DNA of 25,521 nucleotides from a virus: UHGV virus genome UHGV-0301809; one strand, 5' to 3'. Shown piece by piece: positions 18,961 to 25,521 of this stretch (position 1 is its first letter; each line of letters starts with the position of its first letter). The notes under the pieces were generated by a model. It saw only the letters and a program-made list of their open reading frames with translations, ran no database searches and was not told where the DNA came from. The position numbers and the translations under genes were made by a program.

Positions 18961-19872
18961 TTATCGAATTCCTTTATTCAGTTGCGCCTTGAGCTTGCGG
19001 TATGTCTCTACATCCCCTTTGTTTGCTGCCGCTTCCATCTGCTTTTCAATCGCAGAGATATTTGCAGCAACAGCGTGTCCCTGAATGGGTTCATCAGGTA
19101 ACGGGGCTTCTGAAACAGGTTTGGCTCGAGGCTTGAGAGTTAAACGTTCTGACAGTCGAGTGAGTTCAATCAGCGCGGATTTCCCATCCATCGCCAGCAA
19201 CTGGCGTGTTTTCTCAGGATTAGCACCAAGGTGATACATGAGGGCAGCGGATTTCTCCGGGAAGAGGCGCATGATGTCGGCACCGACTGCTGGCGGCACC
19301 AGTTGCATGAATGCATCCTCTTTCTCCTGATAGTCAGGGATATTGAGCTTTTCCGCTGCGTCGTAGTGCTTACGGGCTGCCTCGACGTATTGCGCTGATT
19401 GCTGGGTGAACTCCTGAGTTTTGCGACCCTGCTCGGCTACAGCCTGGCTTCGTGCGTCCATAGCCTTGATCTGCCATTCACTGTTTGCCTGCTGGAAGGC
19501 AGCCAGTGCGCGGCCCTGGTCATAGTCGTACTTAGCCAGTGCATCTTCGGAAAGATAATCGTTAGGGTCTGGTTGTTTTGGTAACTCAGGGTTCACCCGC
19601 AGGTGCTCCGGCAACTCTCCACGATTAACCGCTTCCATCTGCTGCTCAAGCTCACGCTGGCGTTTGCGTTCGATGCGGCGACGGGCAAATTCAGCATTAG
19701 TTGCCGGGTCTTGTTTTGGTTTCTCATCGTCTTTCAGGACAATCTCGAAGCCTTCTTCCTGACCTGCGTTGTCGTTGGCATTATCGACAACTAAGCCATC
19801 AGCAGATGCCGCTGCATGATTGCCGGGCAGGGTTAATTCTTCAGAAGCCTGAATGTCGGTGGTTTGGTCCAT
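18961..19872 (-). CDS. scaffolding protein, P22 gp8-like
   Basis: 303 aa, helical and charged, located between portal and coat as in P22 (gp8 is also about 303 aa). Confidence 0.85.
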   Translation of the reverse strand: MDQTTDIQASEELTLPGNHAAASADGLVVDNANDNAGQEEGFEIVLKDDEKPKQDPATNAEFARRRIERKRQRELEQQMEAVNRGELPEHLRVNPELPKQPDPNDYLSEDALAKYDYDQGRALAAFQQANSEWQIKAMDARSQAVAEQGRKTQEFTQQSAQYVEAARKHYDAAEKLNIPDYQEKEDAFMQLVPPAVGADIMRLFPEKSAALMYHLGANPEKTRQLLAMDGKSALIELTRLSERLTLKPRAKPVSEAPLPDEPIQGHAVAANISAIEKQMEAAANKGDVETYRKLKAQLNKGIR

Positions 19873-19885
19873 GATTAACTCTCTC

Positions 19886-22054
19886 TTATTGAGGTGTCTC
19901 GGCTACTCCGCCGGAGGGGATTTGAACTTGACGCATAAGATTCGCGAAATCCATGCGTTGTGAATGAGTCTGGTCTGCATCTTTAAGAAGCAGCTCAGCG
20001 TTAGCACGAGCGTCCTTGCTGCGCTGTTGCTGGAATTGACCTACGAGCTTGAGGTACTCACGCAGTTCTGCCTGCTTGTCGAGGTCCATATTGTTGAAGA
20101 TTTCTGCAATCTTCGCGGCGTTGAGTTGGTTTTGGGCTTCAACCTTGGCGGCTTCAACCTGAATCTGCGCCTGTTGGTTCTCTGCCTTGAGCAATTCAGC
20201 CTGACCTTGCAGAAGGATGCCCTGCGCCTGAATTTGCTCTGCTGATGGCTGCTGCGGCTGTTGTTGTGCCTGCTGTACCATCTCCATCTCTTCAGGTGTT
20301 TCTGGTTTCTTCAGCCCCATCATCACCAGTTGCTTGTTCGCGTACTCTCGCATCATCTCGACGCCTTTACCGTCAAGCAGCGTGAAGTATTGCAGCATCA
20401 GCATCTGGAACTCTGGAGTACCTTGCGGAACCTTGGTTAGCAACTCCTGAATCTCTGCGCGATTCTGTTCCTTCATGCTCTGGAAGGATGGTCCGACGTC
20501 TGTATAGCACTCATAGCGACCGCGAATGTCGTTGAGTGTGACCACATTGCCGGACTGGTAATCGACAACTTGCGCATAGAGTTGAACGTCTTTCTCGCTT
20601 CCATCTTCAAGTGTCAGCGTTACATGACGAGGAACGTCATAAATATCATTGACCATTGAGGCATAAATCTCGCCATCACGCCGCATTGCGGTAGCCAGGT
20701 TATCCTGAAACACATATGTCTCAAGGTCTGCCCGCATGTTCAGTTGATTGACGGTATCGAAAGCTACCTGACCATTTGCCGCCTGCGCATCAACGCCAAG
20801 ACTAGCCACCTCTTTCACTGCGTTGGTGGCTGCCTCAAGCATGTAAGCGTTGGCTTGCGGCACTTCAGGGTTTTCCATGTAGGAGATTGGACCAATCGGC
20901 AGGTCGTTACCGTTTTCATCGGTCCTGTTCTGCAGATAGTAAGGATAGTCATCATTTCCACCGTACATGTATTCGTAGCCTTCGATTTGCTCAGGGAAGA
21001 ATGTAGGTTTCTTCTTCGGTGAACGAGCAACAATATCGGCGTTGAACGACATGATCATGTTACGAAGGCGCTGACCGTCTTTCGTCAGCCTTACCACTCC
21101 TTCGTAGCACTCCTTGTCACCAGCGAATGACCATTCGCCATACACTGGAACGATTGGAATATGCTCTCCGGCTATCTTCTCGCGGTCTTTCAGTATCTGC
21201 GTGCAGGTGATGATCGACTTATACACACGCCGACGCTTCACCTTGCGCTCTGCTACCTTAATGAATCCACGATTAGCCAGGTCGTCGATGACGTCTTTGA
21301 TATCCTGCTGGTAATAGCTGACCGGCTCACCTGTCAGCGGGTCGCGGTAGATGAAGACCTTCTCCTTCTTCTCTTCTACCTCGTAATACTCAGCGACGTA
21401 GACGACATCATTCGACACCCACGGGAATAGCCATGTATCGTTAGGATTCTGGAAAGATGGCAAGGTATCCGGGTCAATACCGTAATCCTCTGCGAACTCT
21501 TTCCAGCCATTGCGCGACAAGGCGTTAATCACCGTGCAATGCTTAGCGTCGCTCTTATCCATCTGCTTGCTGTTGGCGTCCCATATAACGTGTGAGCAAG
21601 CTTCATGGATTGGCAGGCGTCGGATTACCTGATTGTTGCTTGTTGGGTCGTTGTCTTCGTACTGCGTGACCAGACGCCATGCACCAACGCCGGACTCTAT
21701 CTGCTCACGAACGCCAACGTTAACGGCAATTTTTGCCGTGTTATGGCGCATATCAGTACGATACATCCCCATCAACACATCGGCTGCATCAGGATTAGCG
21801 CCGTCTTTTGGTCGGAAGAGAACGTCGATAGGGTTCCGGCGCATCTCTGCGACCAGTTTCCTGACCACCGGGCGAACAACATCGAATTGTCCGCGATATT
21901 GCAGGGTAGTGTAGTTTGATAGCCAGTCATCCCATTGGCTTATGCGACTGAAGTATAAATCGTTAGAGGCTTCTGTTCTCGCCTCGTCGGAAGACATCCA
22001 ATCAACATCGAATGCTTGCAGTATCTTATTTAATCGCTCTGCGTTGTCAGTCAT
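19886..22054 (-). CDS. portal protein, P22 gp1-like
   Basis: 722 aa; segments such as [28 protein letters not shown] and a Gln-rich C-terminal barrel region match P22 portal as I recall it. Confidence 0.9.
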   Translation of the reverse strand: MTDNAERLNKILQAFDVDWMSSDEARTEASNDLYFSRISQWDDWLSNYTTLQYRGQFDVVRPVVRKLVAEMRRNPIDVLFRPKDGANPDAADVLMGMYRTDMRHNTAKIAVNVGVREQIESGVGAWRLVTQYEDNDPTSNNQVIRRLPIHEACSHVIWDANSKQMDKSDAKHCTVINALSRNGWKEFAEDYGIDPDTLPSFQNPNDTWLFPWVSNDVVYVAEYYEVEEKKEKVFIYRDPLTGEPVSYYQQDIKDVIDDLANRGFIKVAERKVKRRRVYKSIITCTQILKDREKIAGEHIPIVPVYGEWSFAGDKECYEGVVRLTKDGQRLRNMIMSFNADIVARSPKKKPTFFPEQIEGYEYMYGGNDDYPYYLQNRTDENGNDLPIGPISYMENPEVPQANAYMLEAATNAVKEVASLGVDAQAANGQVAFDTVNQLNMRADLETYVFQDNLATAMRRDGEIYASMVNDIYDVPRHVTLTLEDGSEKDVQLYAQVVDYQSGNVVTLNDIRGRYECYTDVGPSFQSMKEQNRAEIQELLTKVPQGTPEFQMLMLQYFTLLDGKGVEMMREYANKQLVMMGLKKPETPEEMEMVQQAQQQPQQPSAEQIQAQGILLQGQAELLKAENQQAQIQVEAAKVEAQNQLNAAKIAEIFNNMDLDKQAELREYLKLVGQFQQQRSKDARANAELLLKDADQTHSQRMDFANLMRQVQIPSGGVAETPQ

Positions 22055-22073
22055 AACTTTACCGTGATAAAAT
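22044..22073 (+). promoter_or_regulatory. candidate promoter for HNH copy 3 (TTGTCA-N18-TGaTAAAAT, extended -10)
   Basis: TTGTCA 22044-22049; TG at 22065-22066; TAAAAT 22068-22073; about 30 nt upstream of the GTG start at 22105. Confidence 0.35.
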
Positions 22074-22104
22074 CAATGGGACAACTTCAACAGGAGATTC
22101 TATT

Positions 22105-22605
22105 GTGAGCCATCCATCTATAGAAGATATAAGGAAAAATTTCACATACGATGCTGAAACCGGAATTTTGTACGCGGCTAATCGCACAAGGAGGACAGAC
22201 CTTAACGGCAAGCCCGTTGGGTGCCAGCATGGAAACGGATACCTTGATGTAAGGCTTGGTAAAAAACTGTACTACGTGCACAGAATTTGTTTTGCGCACT
22301 ACTATGGTTACTGGCCCGAAGCAGTAGATCACATAAACGGAAACCGTGCTGATAACCGCATCTGTAATCTTAGAGATACCAATAAGCAGTTGAACGGACT
22401 AAACCGTGGCATGGATTGCGACAATTCAACTGGATACAAAGGAGTTTCCTATCGCAAGGACACAAATAACTACATGTGGCAATTTGTGGTAGAAGGCAAG
22501 AAATACACAAAAAGCGGATTCGCTACAGCATTAGATGCATACAAGCATAAGGTAGCATTTATTAACGCTCTGAATTCCGCTGCCTCTGAATTTCTCAAAC
22601 CGTAA
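22105..22605 (+). CDS. HNH homing endonuclease with C-terminal AP2-type domain (copy 3)
   Basis: GTG start after AGGAG; HNH block VHRICFAHYYGYWPEAVDHINGNRADNRICNLRD; AP2-like GYKGVSYRKDTNNYMWQFVVEGKKYTKSGFATALDAYKHK. Confidence 0.8.
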   Translation: MSHPSIEDIRKNFTYDAETGILYAANRTRRTDLNGKPVGCQHGNGYLDVRLGKKLYYVHRICFAHYYGYWPEAVDHINGNRADNRICNLRDTNKQLNGLNRGMDCDNSTGYKGVSYRKDTNNYMWQFVVEGKKYTKSGFATALDAYKHKVAFINALNSAASEFLKP

Positions 22606-22614
22606 CAACAGTAT

Positions 22615-24117
22615 CTATCTTGTTGACCGTGCGATGGGCCTGATTGGGGCTGGTATCTTTTTCTCTTTTGGTTTTTTGATGTCGCGCATCATTTTGGCGA
22701 AGCGGCGCATCATGTATGCATAGCGAACGGCTGAGAGAACGTCGTCATTAAGCTTGACGATCTTCCCGTTTTCATCACGGTGATAGAGGCGGAACTCCTC
22801 AAAGAATGGCTCACAGGTGTTGAATACTTTGAAGCGACCATCGAGCATCATGTCGCGCAATTCAGTGATACCAGGCTCAACAGCATTACCGCCATCAGGC
22901 CATGTCGCATGCTCCTGTAACATCATAAATCCAGCGTCTGCATACTGCCCTTTGAGCTGCTCACCGCCGCCCTTCTCATGCTGGTTTCCGTCATGAGGCC
23001 ATGCTGTTGGCACTTTATGCGCCCATGATTTAACGGCTCCCCACGCCTGAACGGCTGTTTTTTCTTTCGCCTTCCACACGCGTGAAACGTAGATTGTGTC
23101 TGCGTCCTTATCCCACCAAAGCTGAACCTGCGCCTGAGGGTGATCCCATCCGAAATCCATCCCGCCAATTACGTAGAAGTGATCCGGACACTCGAACGGC
23201 TGACACTTAATCGTCTCTTCCGGTATCTGGAAGATTCGACCGCTACCCATCGTAGGAATACCGCGAGCACGCGCCTCTCTCTCATGCTCTGGATAGGATG
23301 CGATGATTTGCTCTTTCTGCTCGTCGGTATAGTGCTCAGCGTCATAGATGGTCATGTTGACCACTTTCTGCGACTTGCTGGGGTTCTTCAGGAACTTGGT
23401 AACAACGTCAGACATCCCCATCAGCGGGGTAAACGTCAGAATTGAGAATTGCCCGTATTTGTTGGTACGGGTAAGACCTTCGCCATAAATGCTGTATGGT
23501 GGCTCTTCGTCAAACCACACGCCGTGGATTGTGTCACCCTGCCAGCGAGCACGGCCTTGCGAGTATGGCTTGAAGTAGCAGATTGAAATGCCATCTTCAA
23601 CGCCATCAGCCGTGTGATGCTTAACCAGAAGGTGATCAACAAGGTTCGGAAAGAAAGGAGACTTCTTCCAGCTAATGATGTCCTCTTTCGGTATGGAACC
23701 GTAGCCCGGCTCGTCATTCTCTTCGATACGACCGCACAGGATGCGTTGAGTCGTTTTGGTTACAGTCTCGTTTGTCTCGCCGCCAATCCAGAAGACAACA
23801 GGCTCATAGAAACGCTTACCTTTCCACTCCCCACCATATTTACCATCAGCCGGATAGCCTTTTGTTCCCGGATAACGCCCGGTAAGGTGAAACGCGACTT
23901 CAGCAGCCCCAGTAAATGACTTACCAAGCTGGTTACCAGCCATAAAACAGCGCTCTGGATAGCCATGCCCGGCGTCGATGAACTCACGCTGTTTGCTGTA
24001 TGGCGTAAATTCATATAGCAGGTGTGTGTTCCTGTAGTTCTCTTCTTCTTCGAGTAGCTCGAGCAATTCGATTTGCTCTTCGTCGCTCAGGTTATCAAGA
24101 ATCGCGTCCAGTTCCAC
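22615..24117 (-). CDS. terminase large subunit, P22 gp2-like
   Basis: 500 aa; ATPase region ...[16 protein letters not shown]... and nuclease region; immediately downstream of terS with overlap. Confidence 0.9.
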   Translation of the reverse strand: MELDAILDNLSDEEQIELLELLEEEENYRNTHLLYEFTPYSKQREFIDAGHGYPERCFMAGNQLGKSFTGAAEVAFHLTGRYPGTKGYPADGKYGGEWKGKRFYEPVVFWIGGETNETVTKTTQRILCGRIEENDEPGYGSIPKEDIISWKKSPFFPNLVDHLLVKHHTADGVEDGISICYFKPYSQGRARWQGDTIHGVWFDEEPPYSIYGEGLTRTNKYGQFSILTFTPLMGMSDVVTKFLKNPSKSQKVVNMTIYDAEHYTDEQKEQIIASYPEHEREARARGIPTMGSGRIFQIPEETIKCQPFECPDHFYVIGGMDFGWDHPQAQVQLWWDKDADTIYVSRVWKAKEKTAVQAWGAVKSWAHKVPTAWPHDGNQHEKGGGEQLKGQYADAGFMMLQEHATWPDGGNAVEPGITELRDMMLDGRFKVFNTCEPFFEEFRLYHRDENGKIVKLNDDVLSAVRYAYMMRRFAKMMRDIKKPKEKKIPAPIRPIARSTR

Positions 24118-24583
24118 GGTTGAATAGCTCCTTGATACGAGAGCGTCGCTTATCGCGATCTCCCTTATCAGGTGTCACGTCTTCAACTTGCGACTGCTCT
24201 TTGAGGCCCAAATCACGGGCGATGATGTTAGCGTTGAGAAGGTCAGCGGCTGCGCCAGAGAATTTCTGGTCGTAGATGACCTGCTCTGCTCGCGTAACGA
24301 CTTCAGATAAATCTTCTCGCAGGCGATATGTGCGCCATGTTTCAAGAGTCACATCAATGAACAGAGTGAGGCCTGTAATGGTCATCGCTCGCATCTTGGC
24401 GATAGGTTCTTGTATCACTTCACCCTGATACGAGAACGCCTTCATCTCCCATAGCGGGTTAGCTTCCACCCACTCGAAGTATTCACAACAAGCAGCCCAC
24501 AGCGCCTCAGGCGATTCGAATTTAGGGTTTCGCCCATGACTACTGCGGGCCTCCCAAAATCGGTTGCCCTTTGGTGCTGCCAT
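24095..24583 (-). CDS. terminase small subunit, P22 gp3-like
   Basis: [47 protein letters not shown]...; contains the pac-like sequence; start taken at the third codon of the track ORF. Confidence 0.8.
   Translation of the reverse strand: MAAPKGNRFWEARSSHGRNPKFESPEALWAACCEYFEWVEANPLWEMKAFSYQGEVIQEPIAKMRAMTITGLTLFIDVTLETWRTYRLREDLSEVVTRAEQVIYDQKFSGAAADLLNANIIARDLGLKEQSQVEDVTPDKGDRDKRRSRIKELFNRGTGRDS
24295..24316 (-). other. candidate pac site (P22-type, GAAGATTTATCTGAAGTCGTTA on the minus strand)
   Basis: Exact 22-nt string within terS, encoding ...EDLSEVV...; matches the P22 pac sequence as I remember it (from memory, not checked). Confidence 0.45.
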
Positions 24584-24605
24584 ATTCATCTCACTTAATT
24601 GTCAT

Positions 24606-24785
24606 TTCAGGCTGAGGACTCTTTCGCGCCTTCAATCAGTGACTGCTTCAGCAATTCGAGTGTACCAATCGCCTCGCATAAACTGATTTCACCATCGTAA
24701 TCATGGATGACGCTTTCAAGCCGCTCGTATAGCTCTTGAGTAATTGGGAATTTCTTCTCCTTACCAAGATCAACGACGCTTGTCA
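24606..24785 (-). CDS. hypothetical small protein (59 aa) immediately upstream of terS
   Basis: ATG with AGGAA Shine-Dalgarno; MTSVVDLGKEKKFPITQELYERLESVIHDYDGEISLCEAIG...; below track cutoff. Confidence 0.4.
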
Positions 24786-24795
24786 TAGAGGATTC

Positions 24796-25083
24796 CTATA
24801 ATTTTGAATATCCAGACTCAAATACCTCAGCAGGAGAATATGATTCATATCCATCCTCATAGACAACGTAATAGCCTCCAGACATTGGTCGGTGCTTACA
24901 GATATATTCCGCGCTAACATCAAATGCTGCGTATTTCTTATCATCCGGATGAATAATTGCCCCATAACTAGAAGAGCCAGTCTTACCAGACTGATCTGGG
25001 TTTGGCTTATGTTCTATAGAGCCAATCTTCAGGGCGCGAACTTTTTTGTGGCACTGGTATCTCGGCATTTCTTGTTCAGTCAT
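24796..25083 (-). CDS. hypothetical protein (95 aa)
   Basis: Track ORF; tightly packed (4 nt) after the 80-aa ORF in the late operon. Confidence 0.5.
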   Translation of the reverse strand: MTEQEMPRYQCHKKVRALKIGSIEHKPNPDQSGKTGSSSYGAIIHPDDKKYAAFDVSAEYICKHRPMSGGYYVVYEDGYESYSPAEVFESGYSKL

Positions 25084-25086
25084 CTC

Positions 25087-25329
25087 TTACACTCCGGTAG
25101 TGAACAGGTCTAACGCTTCCTTCGATTTACGCACCGCTTCGATAGTGCGGGTCGTGATATCTGAATTAGCGCCTCCTGACTGAAAGTGAATTTTGAATAG
25201 CTCAAGCTTCAGCTCGTCAGTGCCGATGAATTGAAATGCTTCTTCTGCGGCTGCGCTCTGGTTCATGACCAGCTTGTAAATCTCTAACTGGAATTTCTGT
25301 TCTTCAGTCATGGGAATAATCTCTGCCAT
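25087..25329 (-). CDS. hypothetical protein (80 aa)
   Basis: Track ORF MAEIIPMTEEQKFQLEIYKLVMNQ...; same operon orientation as terS. Confidence 0.5.
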   Translation of the reverse strand: MAEIIPMTEEQKFQLEIYKLVMNQSAAAEEAFQFIGTDELKLELFKIHFQSGGANSDITTRTIEAVRKSKEALDLFTTGV

Positions 25330-25396
25330 TGTTGGCTCCGTTTATCCGTTAAAAGGGATATCAGTTAAGTTATCCCGTGTAGGGTATAAGCCATTA

Positions 25397-25519
25397 TCAA
25401 GCCCACCCGTAGATGGGCTTTGTAATGGATAGCCGTTGCTCAGTTCTAGTAATGCTTTGATTTTTTCGATAACGCAGTTTTGCGTTTGCCATCAGCACGC
25501 GATATCGAGAGTCAACTGC
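25397..25519 (-). CDS. partial CDS, C-terminal 40 codons of a gene that starts beyond the window
   Basis: Open frame from the window edge to TGA at 25397-25399 (...LMANAKLRYRKNQSITRTEQRLSITKPIYGWA); product unknown. Confidence 0.3.
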   Translation of the reverse strand, partial: AVDSRYRVLMANAKLRYRKNQSITRTEQRLSITKPIYGWA

Positions 25520-25521
25520 AG

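Noticed and set aside
1-25521. tRNA or other structured RNA genes
   Set aside because: No cloverleaf-compatible segments with conserved T-loop (GTTCRA) context were noticed in the intergenic regions. Not exhaustively searchable by eye.

Overview
This window is about 25.5 kb of a P22-like temperate podophage genome (enterobacterial, Lederbergvirus-type module order), in phage (non-integrated) gene order. Plus strand, 1-5653: early recombination/accessory genes (three small ORFs, erf, ssb-like, a 98-aa hypothetical, an Ead/Ea22-like DUF551 protein, an AntA-type antirepressor, a lambda-type xis, and a lambda-type int that is truncated before its catalytic domain), followed by a hexapeptide-repeat acetyltransferase. 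Minus strand, 5673-25521: the late operon, read right to left: small conserved ORFs, terS (containing a P22-type pac-like sequence), terL, portal, scaffold, coat, a 197-aa unknown, gp4, gp10, tail needle gp26, gp14, the ejection proteins gp7/gp20/gp16, and a mosaic tailspike. Three paralogous HNH-AP2 homing-endonuclease genes sit on the plus strand, antisense inside the late operon (between terL and portal, between scaffold and coat, between mnt and tailspike). An orphan Mnt-like repressor remains where immI would be. The most interesting candidates are the HNH trio, the int-truncation/acetyltransferase/tailspike module, the structured non-coding region upstream of the antirepressor, and the unknown gene between coat and gp4. 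All homology calls come from reading the translations and from remembered family features; no searches were run. Coordinates may be off by 1 nt in places: my hand count near 17030-17160 disagreed by one base with the ORF track, and I followed the track.
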